A stretch of 62,734 nt of DNA, filler included, from Asterionella formosa (Eukaryota): the NCBI GenBank assembly GCA_002256025.1. It is 4 parts of 4 records of this genome, joined end to end, with 100 filler letters (N's around TTAATTAATTAA, not from the genome) between each part and the next. Parts side by side here need not be neighbours in the genome. Positions count along the whole stretch, not along the records: positions 1 to 20,423 come from NKIB01003378.1; 3 more parts are not named here. The stretch is one strand, 5' to 3'. Under the pieces are notes generated by a model, which searched no databases, was not told where the DNA came from, and saw only the letters and a list, made by a program, of their open reading frames with translations. The translations under genes and the position numbers were made by a program. Position 1 is the stretch's first letter, and each line of letters opens with the position of its first letter. Positions 1 to 10,670 of the stretch are shown here, piece after piece.

Positions 1-574
1 TCAAAGTCCACCCACGGCTGCTCTTCCGACAGAGAATTCGCGTTCTTCTCTAGGCATGTCGTTGATCATGTAATCAATGGGATCAAAGTTGTTGACAACA
101 AGACAGCAGCATCGCTCAAATTGCGGGAAAAACTAACTAATTCCCAAATAGGAATGATAATATTTCATTTATAAAAGTAGTCTAATAGAAATATTTTACT
201 TTTTTTATAATGGTTTTGTCATCCTACGTCACAGTAGATGGGTGGTTGACAGCATTTAGGATTTCCCAAAAACCGATAGCATCGTTTTTTCGTCAGTTGA
301 CCAAAACCAAAACCAATCCAAAAAAAAGTTTTTGGGTTTTCGTTTTGGTCCACCGTTAGCAACGGCCTTAGTGACGTAAATAATTATTTCGTGTAACCAC
401 GGAAAAACGCCAAAACGAGGCAAATGGCTGGAAAAAGAAAAAGACAATGACTTAGACAATAACGGGGCGGCAGTAAGCAAAAGTTGGCCTATTTTGCTTA
501 TGCAGCGTCATTCTCTCCAAACTCAAAATCGTTCTCCTTTTCCGGCCGACGTGATGAAAACAACCAATACATAG

Positions 575-661
575 CAAGTTGCGGTAATTTTGCTCTACTA
601 AAGATTTAGCTATTTTAATCCAAGATTAAATTGATTATTTAAGCAAAATGACCGCAACTTG
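575..661. mobile_element. ~87-bp MITE (family A) with ~19-bp TIRs CAAGTTGCGGT(A/C)ATTTTGCT
   Basis: Ends caagttgcggtaattttgct ... agcaaaatgaccgcaacttg are inverted repeats with 1 mismatch. A homologous copy lies at 56923-57010. Confidence 0.85.
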
Positions 662-663
662 CA

Positions 664-845
664 TGTACCTGGTACCAGGTACTTACAACCGGTACATACA
701 TAGATGTAATTCATATGCAATAATGTCATGCATAAGCATGCCTGGCTGGTACCAGGTACCTGGTACCTGGTGTAAGCATACCTGGCTGGTACCAGGTACA
801 CCAGGTACCTGGTACCTGGACCAGGTAGGAGTACCAGGTACCAGA
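664..845. repeat. (GGTACCW)n palindromic heptamer array
   Basis: Iterated gtacctggtaccaggtac, plus a duplicated block aagcatRcctggctggtaccaggtac. Confidence 0.85.
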
Positions 846-1064
846 AAGCAGCAAACTTTTTTTCTGTTTATTATTATAACAGCTTGACTGTCATCGTTCA
901 AAAACAACTCGAACCGCCATCCTTACTTGGAGTAACGGTGGTGAAAGGTTCCCTGCTTGTATATTGAACGGATCTGCATTCGTTGAAGTAACGAAGCCAA
1001 ACGTTTCCTCTTTTGTGCGAAATCAGCAAGGGCAAGTTTGTCGGGTCAGCGACCGTACGCTCGA

Positions 1065-4000
1065 ATGGAGTGCGACTTTGGAAGCGCTGTTGCCAGGGAA
1101 AAACCCAAGAATGCATCTGATTCTCCTGGAGAGAGCGGAACCTCGGAATCTGTTGGAAATGAAAGTATGGGAAGTGTTGCTGCCACGGCTCACACTTTGC
1201 CTCAACAGCAGCCGACACCAACTACATCAGCGCATAGTTCCCGCCAGGCATCACCAGTAAAGCAAGTGGGGTCGTCGCCGACTGTGGTTGTTCAGTTTCC
1301 ACAGGCCACAAATGAAGTAGGGCCGCCTCAGCAGCCACAGTTGACCGACGCACAACAAGTAGAATCAGTAGCTGGAGGAACTCCAGTTCTTACGATTACG
1401 CCTGGAGATGTTACAAAAAATCAAGTCGTCAAGACGAAAAAGGGGCGGTTTCATGTCTTGCAGGATGCTCCGGCAAACGACAGTTGCAGCCCTATTATGC
1501 CAGCAACAACGGGATCACAAGTTCCAAGTCCTATTCCTCCACTCCATCACAAGACGATGGAGCGTAGCGCGTCGATCGGAAACAACAATAACATGGTTCA
1601 ACAGCAGGAGACTGGAGCTATCCGGAAAGGACGGTTTACATTAACGTCTGCCACGCAGGGCAATGCGACAACAATAGCTCGACAAGGATTGACGCAAAAT
1701 GCAATGGAAGGGAACACTCCTCCTCTCCACCCGTCGCCGCCTTCGCCAGCGGCGAAACAAGCGAGCCAACAGCACTTTCCAGGCGTTCATCCTAATAGTG
1801 CATCTTCGGTTCAGCATTATCCCGTGGGGATGATACCACAACAGCACCAACCACCGCATGTATCCTTGCCATTGTTACAGCATCCCATGGCTCAACAGTC
1901 ACCGCAACAGCACCAAGTGTTACCACAGCCTGGTAGTCAGGGTCAACAGCCAGCGTCAGCACCTGCACAACGACAAGGTCAACAGCAACCAATATCGTTG
2001 CAATATCAACAGTCTGGGGTTACTCCCGTCCAACTGCAGCCAATGCTACAACAGCACACTCAGTATCAACAATCAGGAACTGCGCACGTGCAACTGCAAC
2101 CTGGTGTTCATTATCAGCAGCCTGGGTCTGCTCCATCGACTGCAGTCGCAGGGATGCATCATCAAGTGAATAATCAGCAAACAACTGTGCAGTATCAGCA
2201 ACCACAACATCAACTTCAATCTCAACAGCAGAATCTTCAGCATCAACAACAGCAACAGCAACAACAACAACAACAACAGCAAACGTCTACGCAACAGCCG
2301 CCAGTAATACAGTATCAGCACCTACAGCAGCCAACTCTTCAACAGCATGTGCAGCAGCATCAGCAGCCTCCTGTATCTTATCAACCATTACAGCAATCTG
2401 CTACACAGTCACAGCCACAGCCACAACAGGTTGCAACAATTGCTGCTGTAAATGCTTCTGTTCCCAATCACCCAACACAACATCAGTCTTTATCTGCAGC
2501 ACCGAACACTCAGCAGGGGATGGCAAAGGTAGGAACACTTCCACCTACCCCTGGTCGAGAGGTAACACTCGAAAAAGTAGATGTAACGCCCAAGCAGAGG
2601 AATGTGTCCGCCAAGCAACTCACATCCTTTGATAGTAAGCCCCCATCATCATTTGACAGTAAGGGAGTGGGATCAACTGCTGGTCTTGGTAAGATATTTT
2701 ATTTTCTTGATCAAATGAGGTCAGAAGTGACAGAAGCGGATCGAACAATTAAATCATTAAACACGGACATGAAGTGCCTACGAGATAAAAACAAGGAGCT
2801 CGAGGCCAAATTACGTGATATGGAGAAACGGTGGATGGACGAAAAGGCTGCTAGAGAAATGGCTGAGTCTAAGGTCAAGTCACTGAAGAAGAAAGCACGC
2901 GAATTGCGAGAGTTGAAAACTGTAGAGACCACGGGAAAACTTGAAGAGGAACAAACACCACTAGCAGGTGAGTTTATCACTGAACGACCTGTATCACACA
3001 ACCAATCAGACCGGTCATCAAGATCCGATTCCCTCGTGAGCTTGGAAGAGATACAGCAACAAAAGAGGAATTCCATCACTTTAGCAGCGGCAATATTGAT
3101 TGGGTCTGAAAGCATCCCTCAGGAGCTGAGCAATGCCGCAATGCCTGAAACTTACTCGCCGAAGCCTGCCGACAGCACGTGCAACGCGCATGGATTATCA
3201 AGGATCGAGAGAAGTATGAATGAAGTAGCTTCCTCGGTTTCTCCCTTGAAATTACGTGGATCGTCAGATCTATCTGTTGGTATTACAATTGGTGGGTCTG
3301 CGAGTAAACCAAGCAACAGCTCAAATTTATCCGAGATTACGCCTATGCGTGGGAGGACGTCATCAACAGATACATTTGATACGTTAAAATCCAACCAGGA
3401 AGCCACCAGTAGTGGCGACGCCAAGGTATCGCTCAGTCAAACCAATGGAGAAGGAAACGGAAGTGGACGACTTCACCAAACGACCCCAAGCACAAGACTT
3501 CCAGTAGCAGCTCACTTGGTTCAGCACATTCGACAGCAGAGCTCACCGAACGTTATGATTGGACATATGACCATGGATGCTATGACCAACCAGATGGCCA
3601 AGGATACCATAAATAGCCAGCCAGGAATGGGATACCTGCACAGTGCAGCATTGCAACAGCAGGTGCAAGGAAACAACATGATGATGAATCAAAATGCAAT
3701 AATGAATCAGATGGGTGGTATTTCTGTGGGCAATGGTATGGTTGTTCAAGGTATGCAGCAACCAATGATGGGAGGTGTTCCGGTTCAGCTGCAAGGGATG
3801 GGACAAGGATTGGGTCACATACAGCAACAACTGCCAAATGTGCAGCAAATGCAAAGCACCTGGTCACAACAACAGCAATACCCCATTAGTCAACAACAGC
3901 TAAATCAGCAACTTACAAATCAACAACAGCAGCAACAACAGCAGCAACAGCAATGGGTACAGCAAGTCGTATATCAACAGGAACAGCAACAACTGGTGAA

Positions 4001-4193
4001 TCAACAACAAATGATGCAGGTTCAACAGCAGCAAATGTTTCCACAAAACCAATACCAGCAAGGATCAACACAATATGTTCAACAAGGAGCTACCGTGAGT
4101 GGTCAACAAGCAGCTGATCCATTCAACACCCTTGCGTCTCGCCAGCAGCAAGCGACTCCGCAAAATCAATTGTGGAACAATGCTGGAAATTAG
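1065..4193 (+). CDS. Gln-rich low-complexity protein with central coiled coil and KGRF motifs (5' end uncertain)
   Basis: 1051-aa open frame; first ATG at 1065. PolyQ tracts, heptad region LDQMRSEV...RELRELK, motifs KKGRFHV and RKGRFTL. Confidence 0.8.
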   Translation: MECDFGSAVAREKPKNASDSPGESGTSESVGNESMGSVAATAHTLPQQQPTPTTSAHSSRQASPVKQVGSSPTVVVQFPQATNEVGPPQQPQLTDAQQVESVAGGTPVLTITPGDVTKNQVVKTKKGRFHVLQDAPANDSCSPIMPATTGSQVPSPIPPLHHKTMERSASIGNNNNMVQQQETGAIRKGRFTLTSATQGNATTIARQGLTQNAMEGNTPPLHPSPPSPAAKQASQQHFPGVHPNSASSVQHYPVGMIPQQHQPPHVSLPLLQHPMAQQSPQQHQVLPQPGSQGQQPASAPAQRQGQQQPISLQYQQSGVTPVQLQPMLQQHTQYQQSGTAHVQLQPGVHYQQPGSAPSTAVAGMHHQVNNQQTTVQYQQPQHQLQSQQQNLQHQQQQQQQQQQQQQTSTQQPPVIQYQHLQQPTLQQHVQQHQQPPVSYQPLQQSATQSQPQPQQVATIAAVNASVPNHPTQHQSLSAAPNTQQGMAKVGTLPPTPGREVTLEKVDVTPKQRNVSAKQLTSFDSKPPSSFDSKGVGSTAGLGKIFYFLDQMRSEVTEADRTIKSLNTDMKCLRDKNKELEAKLRDMEKRWMDEKAAREMAESKVKSLKKKARELRELKTVETTGKLEEEQTPLAGEFITERPVSHNQSDRSSRSDSLVSLEEIQQQKRNSITLAAAILIGSESIPQELSNAAMPETYSPKPADSTCNAHGLSRIERSMNEVASSVSPLKLRGSSDLSVGITIGGSASKPSNSSNLSEITPMRGRTSSTDTFDTLKSNQEATSSGDAKVSLSQTNGEGNGSGRLHQTTPSTRLPVAAHLVQHIRQQSSPNVMIGHMTMDAMTNQMAKDTINSQPGMGYLHSAALQQQVQGNNMMMNQNAIMNQMGGISVGNGMVVQGMQQPMMGGVPVQLQGMGQGLGHIQQQLPNVQQMQSTWSQQQQYPISQQQLNQQLTNQQQQQQQQQQQWVQQVVYQQEQQQLVNQQQMMQVQQQQMFPQNQYQQGSTQYVQQGATVSGQQAADPFNTLASRQQQATPQNQLWNNAGN

Positions 4194-4516
4194 ACAAGCA
4201 GTCGTCCATGTTGTAAAGTACCGGTAGATAAATTTAAAAAAAAAGCGGGAAGTATTTCCCAGTATTTTATATTGTTGTATTCATTCAGTTAACTACGAGC
4301 TACAGCCACGTGTTGCTTAAAAAAAGTTCAAGATCGAGGCCAATAAGTCAAAACTATGCATATTTCCCTCTAAATGCAAATCTTTGAGAATGAAACGCTA
4401 AAAATAAACAACGACTTTATATTGAACATAATTTGTCTCCGTCAGCGTTGCTTAAAGTCATATGCAGCATGTGTTTTAAAAATATATGGCAAATAACAGC
4501 ATGAACTAAAAGTCAA

Positions 4517-5833
4517 TCATGACGAATAGGTTCGTTCAAACTCATACAAAACATAGGTGGAAGATGCCAACTCATGAAAGTGCAAAAAGTAGTCTTCGTC
4601 GTCACCATTTTCCAATGGATTGGAATGAAATGCCTTGGGTGCAACTTGTTGACTCACAAGTTGAACCCCATTGTGCTTCATGCTGGCAATGAATTCGTCC
4701 AGTCCATCGCGGCCTGTATTCGGTGCAACATAGAGAAACCGTCCTCCTTCGTTCAAAACTCCCAATACTACCTTTTTCAAATAAGGGACAATGGATTTTT
4801 GATAAATCAAATCCGATCCCAACACAATATCCATTTTTTGAGATGGATAAGTAGATATATCATCCCAATCAATTATCGCTGCCGTTGTAGTTGTTCCAGA
4901 AAATTCATTGAGCCCAACGTTGTAGTGTAAATTCTCAACGGTGGTTGCATTCAAGTCGGTTAGTATGACACTTGCTGCTTGCGATGAAGTGGCAACAGTC
5001 AATCCCGGTACACCACATCCCGCTCCCAATTCCAAAATATGCTTATCAACAAATCGATTCGAGAGTTGAGCCATCCATTGCGACATAACTAAACTTGCGG
5101 CCCATATTCCATATCCTGTCGTGTCGTCATGTGGTGCTTGTCCAAAGGGATCGTCGGCATTAGCAATGGGCAATTCACGGACCAACACCACTGTCGACCC
5201 AAACAAAAAGGAATGTGTAATGGAGGGTGTTTTCATCGTTGCATGATTATTGCTGTTTGTTTCTACATCCATGGGATCGTCGTTGTCCTCTTGTTCACTT
5301 AAAGTCGTGCTGCTGGTGGTCCCTCCCAACAATTTTTCTTCAGTCGCACTATCATGAGAAAGCAATAGATTGGCCACAAGGACATTGTCTGAGGCAAATC
5401 CTTCTGTCAATGCCGAACGACCGAAATTATTCTTGGTCAATACGTCAATGTCTTCATTGTCAAAGTGTTCCAATAAAAGGTGAACCACCTTGTCGTGTCC
5501 ATTAGCTGCCGCCCAGTGCAAAGGGGTATTGCCCGAAGCATTTGGACGTAACGTGGCATCGTGCGTTAACAACAGTTGGACGCACGGGACATGTCCATTC
5601 GCACATGCCTTGTGCAAGGGAGTCGAAAGTTCAGCGTCTGTGACATTAACAACGTCAAATGATGATAAAATGGCCCGAATGACATCCGAGTCTCCATGTC
5701 GTGCCGCGTCCAAGAGTTCTTCTGACGCTTCCTCCATGGTCAATTCAGAAACTTGTTGACACAAGTCTTCGTAGTCGTCAAGAGAGCACTGGAGAGGAAT
5801 TTCCATTGTGGTGGAGTTTGAAGAAATCGGCAT
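4517..5833 (-). CDS. Ankyrin-repeat (Yar1-like) + class I SAM-dependent protein methyltransferase (Methyltransf_16 type) fusion
   Basis: Ankyrin motifs TPLHKACANGH and GNTPLHWAAANGH. MTase motifs TTGYGIWAAS, ILELGAGCG, VILTD, DIVLGSDLIY. Confidence 0.88.
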   Translation of the reverse strand: MPISSNSTTMEIPLQCSLDDYEDLCQQVSELTMEEASEELLDAARHGDSDVIRAILSSFDVVNVTDAELSTPLHKACANGHVPCVQLLLTHDATLRPNASGNTPLHWAAANGHDKVVHLLLEHFDNEDIDVLTKNNFGRSALTEGFASDNVLVANLLLSHDSATEEKLLGGTTSSTTLSEQEDNDDPMDVETNSNNHATMKTPSITHSFLFGSTVVLVRELPIANADDPFGQAPHDDTTGYGIWAASLVMSQWMAQLSNRFVDKHILELGAGCGVPGLTVATSSQAASVILTDLNATTVENLHYNVGLNEFSGTTTTAAIIDWDDISTYPSQKMDIVLGSDLIYQKSIVPYLKKVVLGVLNEGGRFLYVAPNTGRDGLDEFIASMKHNGVQLVSQQVAPKAFHSNPLENGDDEDYFLHFHELASSTYVLYEFERTYSS

Positions 5834-6192
5834 GCTTAATTTGCTCCTTATGATGTCGCTACTTTTTGTCGGTTGTTACAGATTTCGTTAAATAATAAGA
5901 GCAGTCGTTGACCACAATGGCTGAAGGTGTTACCGTTACTGGGTTGAAGCCATCATAATTCCATCAGCATGACGATAATGCTGACCAGGGCGAGGTTGGT
6001 GCTTGTTTGTTTGAGGGGTCGAGCCGAGGTGGAGGGGAAAATGGGTGGTTCTTACGGTATACTGATGGTTTGGCCGATTTCCGTCTGTACCTCTACCACC
6101 TCTTCAGGCTACGGTATCCTAATAATGGGACGGCTGCGCGACTACCGGGTGTGGGTACTTATCATTCACATTCTGCACTGTACATAAACACG

Positions 6193-7689
6193 ATGAACAA
6201 TGCGGCCTTTCGGAAGCTCGTGACGGAACGTTCGACTCCAAAGTCAACCAAGGAGATTGCACGAGAAGCGGTGGAAGAAGAATTTCATGAAAAGGGTGGG
6301 AAGCGGAGGCGACGAGTGGATGGGTATGATTCGGACAGTGATGACAATACGAATAACAAAACAGACAAGAAGGGCAAACATTTCAATACTACTACTAGTA
6401 CGGCCGGCCATGACGAACCTGTACTGAAATCAAAGAAATTAAAACACAGCAACGACTTGTTGTATCGAGATCGTGCCAAGGAACGACGAGAGGGGATTGA
6501 TCCTCAAGAATATGAATCGTCAAATAAATTGCTGCAAGACATTCAACAAGCGGCAGAAGAAGGAGAGACCGATGCTGCCACATTGTCCAAATATTTAGGA
6601 GGAGACGAAGCTCATACTCACTTGGTCAAAGGATTGGATGTTGCGTTGGCTCGCAAAGTCAAGCGAGACATGGGCAATGCATTTGCAAAACAACAAATGC
6701 GCCTGCCTTTGAATGTGACAACTAATACTGATGACTTGGATACACTCTTGCAACAAGGACAAACAAACAAACTGGAATCGAAACCAAATTTTGCCAAGAA
6801 TGCCACGGAAGCGAAAGAATTTTTGCATTCATCGTGGAAGCCTTCGACACCGTTAGGGGCATCGATACTGGCCCACCTTCAGTCAAAATACAGACTTCTT
6901 CGGGAAAATGAGCGCAGTCCCGCTTTTGGTTCTCCGTCAGGGTTGCTGATCCAACGAAGCTCCACAATTTTTTCCATTTTTCCCAATTTACGCAATGCAT
7001 TGACTGCCTGGGAAATACCGCAAGAACTCACACATGCGAAGGTGGAACATGATAGTAGGATTAGTGGCGTAAATGCGCAAGGAGCCCTCGTTCTGGACCT
7101 TCAGTTGATACAAAAAATCAAAAATGCATTAGCTCCGCTGCCACAAACAGCAACTAAAATAACGCCATCATCATCCAATAAACCAGCAGCGTCGGTGAAG
7201 CCATGTTCCGATACAGACGAAGACGATATATTTGTCGATGCTGGAGACTATGTTCCTCCTGGTTCTAGTTCTGGCATGTCAATAAACCAGGTTTCTACGC
7301 AAAAAGAAATTTCCAAGGGATCAATCTTTGCCAATCTCTCAACAGAACGACAGGATATTAGTTATAACATGCCACATGTCCCATTTCACGATTACAACTC
7401 TAAGACGGGGGTTCCACAACATACCAATTCTGTTGTTATTGATCGTGACATTCTTGGGGCCAGGCCACCCAAAACAAGACTGTCCTCCATCAAACAGGGG
7501 GTTGGAATTACCTCCTATCAAGGTGATTATGGGGAAGAGCTAGATACCGACTTTACGGGGCGTGATGATGAGGACGATGAGGATACGAGTCCAAAAAAAA
7601 ATAAAGCTGGCGATACCACCATCACGGATGCTTCAAATGTTTTCGCGCGAAAACGAGGGAAATCCAAGCTACCACCATTCATGACATAA
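6193..7689 (+). CDS. RED/IK (SMU2)-like spliceosomal protein, RED_N domain
   Basis: MNNAAFRKL start; YRDRAKERREG and YLGGDEAHTHLVKGLD are RED_N signatures. Confidence 0.85.
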   Translation: MNNAAFRKLVTERSTPKSTKEIAREAVEEEFHEKGGKRRRRVDGYDSDSDDNTNNKTDKKGKHFNTTTSTAGHDEPVLKSKKLKHSNDLLYRDRAKERREGIDPQEYESSNKLLQDIQQAAEEGETDAATLSKYLGGDEAHTHLVKGLDVALARKVKRDMGNAFAKQQMRLPLNVTTNTDDLDTLLQQGQTNKLESKPNFAKNATEAKEFLHSSWKPSTPLGASILAHLQSKYRLLRENERSPAFGSPSGLLIQRSSTIFSIFPNLRNALTAWEIPQELTHAKVEHDSRISGVNAQGALVLDLQLIQKIKNALAPLPQTATKITPSSSNKPAASVKPCSDTDEDDIFVDAGDYVPPGSSSGMSINQVSTQKEISKGSIFANLSTERQDISYNMPHVPFHDYNSKTGVPQHTNSVVIDRDILGARPPKTRLSSIKQGVGITSYQGDYGEELDTDFTGRDDEDDEDTSPKKNKAGDTTITDASNVFARKRGKSKLPPFMT

Positions 7690-7814
7690 CTATTGGGGTG
7701 GCATATGCACGTAAAGTAAAAGTGCCATCTGTCTTTTCTCTCGTTTTGCTATAGTTGTGGGAATGTGGGCCAAAAGGTGGCATACAACAAAGGTTATTTT
7801 TTTTGAACCGGTAA

Positions 7815-8100
7815 TGACAGAGAAGTTGACGAGTTTGGAGCATTGGTATCCAGAGAAGCTGATGTGATGTGAGCTGAAGTGTCCAGAAAAGATGATAAGT
7901 CTGGAGTTGCAGTATCCAGCAACGCTTGACTAAAATACCTGGAGTCAAAATGTCAGAAGAAGTGATGACGCTGGAGCAGAAGTTTCCAGGAAAATCGATG
8001 AGACTGGAGCCAGCAAAGCTGGTGAGACGGATGCTGGTATATGCTGCAATGCTGATTAGACTGGAGCTGAAGTGTCCAGCTAAGTTGAATCACATGAAGC
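7815..8100 (+). repeat. Degenerate ~33-bp tandem repeat (coding-like unit ~KADETGAEVSS) with stops and frameshifts
   Basis: Recurring ...gatgagactggagctgaagtgtccag... at about 33-bp spacing. Confidence 0.55.
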
Positions 8101-8881
8101 TACAGAAGTTTTTAGCACAGTTTTCAAATCAGTCATACAGATAAATAGAATGACAAGTCAAAATTGAAATTTTGCTGTCAATGTGCAGTTATGTATGGTC
8201 GAAGCAGTCATTTGAACCTACTAGCCCATCAATTGTATCGCTTTCAGAGCAATGATACTAGACATTTCGAGATGTAAGTTCTTGCTCCCATAAAGAGTCA
8301 TGCTGAATGTATAATCTGCAATTCGTTCCCAAACATATGTGAGTAAACAAATGATCGTTGAATTGCTTTTTACATGTGTGTGTATAAATGAATAGTGCAA
8401 TGATGCAAGTTCTGACTTCTGGCTTACTCTATTTGCAACAGAAAGCCATAACAAAAGGAAAAATCAACCTGGGGACGAGGTAAGCTAAAATAAATGTTGA
8501 TCATATTGATGTGCAGTCGTTCATTCCTGATCAAATCATTGAAACGTATTTGCCCATCATATCGCTTTCAGGAAAAATGAACCATGGATTTTTGAGCATC
8601 TACGATGCTATGCACAATTGAGGGGGAATGAAGTGGGGGTCATCATTGGTGGAAGGTTGCATTCAGCCATTTAGCATTTAGTGTCCTAACTGAGATTTGG
8701 ATGATGTCATGCAAAAATTATCTTCAAATGGTAACGTAAACTTAAAATATTGAATTATCTAACTGAGCCTTGAATCCCCTTTGGGATTAGAATTTTTTCA
8801 TTTGCGGTTTTGTCACTGCAGGAAAGGTACATAACGCTATAATCAATCAGTAGCAGGATTTCCTGTGAGAACAACATCCAC

Positions 8882-9775
8882 CTAATTGCCACTCTTGGTT
8901 GGAGAATGGCCACTCATTGTAGCTGGAGCCATTGTGGGACCTTGCTTGATTGGGGACCTGACAGGTGAAGATGTTGGAGTCTTGTTATCTTTCATGGTTG
9001 GCTGCTTGGGTGCTTGAGTTGGTGTTGGGGGAGGAACTGGAGACAAAGTAGCAGGATTGGCTGGGGCAGGCACTGGAGGCTCTGTAGCAGGCGTAGTTGG
9101 GGCAGAAACTGGGGGCTCGGTTGTACCACCTGAGGTTGGAGGTGCCATAGTGGGACCTTGCTTGATTGGGGACCTGACAGGTGAAGATGTTGGAGTCTTG
9201 TTATCTTTCATGGTTGGCTGCTTGGGTGCTTGAGTTGGTGTTGGGGGAGGAACTGGAGACAAAGTAGCAGGAGTGGTTGGGGCAGGCACTGGAGGCTCTG
9301 TAGCAGGCGTAGTTGGGGCAGGAACTGGGGCCTCTGTTGTACCACCTGAGGTTGGAGGTGCCATTGTGGGACCTTGCTTGACTGGGGACATAGTTGCAGG
9401 TTCGCTGACAGGTGAAGATGTTGGAGTCTTGTTATCTTTCATGGTTGGCTGCTTGGGTGCTTGAGTTGGTGTTGGGGGCGCAACTGGAGGCTCAGTAGCA
9501 GGTGTGGTTGGGGGCGCAACTGGAGGCTCAGTAGCAGGAGTGGTTGGAGCAGGGACCGGGGCAGTTGTAAGCGAAGCAAAATCAACCAAGAATCGCGTCC
9601 AGTACTTGTTTTCATCCTTGATGACATCCATTTTGGTTTCTGCATTAGTATCGCTATTAACACTGTTCGTATGGAAACCTCCAGCCGTTTTTCTGGACCT
9701 CAAACTACCTTGCAGGTGAGTTTTGGCATTTCCTCCGGCCAAGAGAGCGGCAAACACAACGGCAGAGAACTTCAT
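8882..9775 (-). CDS. Secreted Pro/Thr-rich repeat protein (cell-wall/EPS candidate)
   Basis: Signal peptide MKFSAVVFAALLAGGNA, WTRFL (RXL) motif, 72-aa repeats containing KQPTMKDNK. Confidence 0.85.
   Translation of the reverse strand: MKFSAVVFAALLAGGNAKTHLQGSLRSRKTAGGFHTNSVNSDTNAETKMDVIKDENKYWTRFLVDFASLTTAPVPAPTTPATEPPVAPPTTPATEPPVAPPTPTQAPKQPTMKDNKTPTSSPVSEPATMSPVKQGPTMAPPTSGGTTEAPVPAPTTPATEPPVPAPTTPATLSPVPPPTPTQAPKQPTMKDNKTPTSSPVRSPIKQGPTMAPPTSGGTTEPPVSAPTTPATEPPVPAPANPATLSPVPPPTPTQAPKQPTMKDNKTPTSSPVRSPIKQGPTMAPATMSGHSPTKSGN
8925..9480 (-). repeat. 216-bp intragenic tandem repeat, ~2.5 copies
   Basis: The anchor cttgcttga recurs at 8941, 9157 and 9373. Confidence 0.85.
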
Positions 9776-10670
9776 TTCTTAAAGTATACGTGGATTAGTC
9801 GTTTAATTTATTTCCTGAGACTTGATCGATCGAGAGGACGAACGAAGCAAAAATTATGATTATAATGGCAATCTGTACAGAAACTGGACCATATATTCCC
9901 GGAAATTTCTGCGATCCTTTCAGAGATACGCGGTATTGCTGCTGGCGGCGCGAATAATTATATACAAACGTGTGTTTAGAAACAGTTGAAAATGTTGATA
10001 TTGCCCCCCTCGTCGCTAAATTCTTCGCTGAATATGTGTACCTAAACCTAAGTCTACATGTACCGGTATTACGATTTGTGATGAACAGCTACAGGTATAC
10101 AAAAGTGACGCCTTTCCTAAGCAAATACTCTTATATATAAAAGGTTGACAGTTTCTGTATAGAATTTAGACTGCCAATGCCTTCCATGTATTTGGATATT
10201 AATCTCCAATAATATCGTCAGCCATCCGTCGTTATTGCTACTCATGAGAGTGAGCGCCAAAAAAGCGAACGCGTACCTTGGGGACAGCGAATGACTAAAG
10301 GGTCTACCGGTATACTCCGGGGGTACCAGGCACGTTGCGGTGATTTTGCTTGAACTAACATTTTAATGAAGGATAAAGTCAGCTAAATGTTTAGTTTCAG
10401 CAAAATAAACGCAACCTGCAGGTACAACGCAACTGCCGGGTTTATGTTAGTCTAAGTAGTCCACTAGATCATTCAGTTACACATCGCGAGCTCTGTTTTC
10501 TTCCAAAATAATTAAATGATGTGGCTCAATCTAGACAGTACGTACAACTGAATTAAAAATTTAAATGTAAAATTAGCTTTCACCAATACGACCACTTTGC
10601 AGATGCTTAGATACAGTCATTCCTCGACTTAGGGTTATGATCTATATTCAAATATGGTAAGGACCTCATT

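Noticed and set aside
208..570. Weak inverted similarity between 211-228 and 548-567, suggesting a TIR element
   Set aside because: Too short and gapped, with no TSD.
664..845. GGTACCW array as telomeric repeat
   Set aside because: Mixed orientation, palindromic and interstitial; unlike TTAGGG-type repeats.
610..907. ORFs rich in YQVPGT/LVPGT
   Set aside because: They are translations of the GGTACCW array.
6007..6192. N-terminal extension of the RED ORF
   Set aside because: It starts at a non-ATG codon; RED-like sequence begins at ATG 6193.
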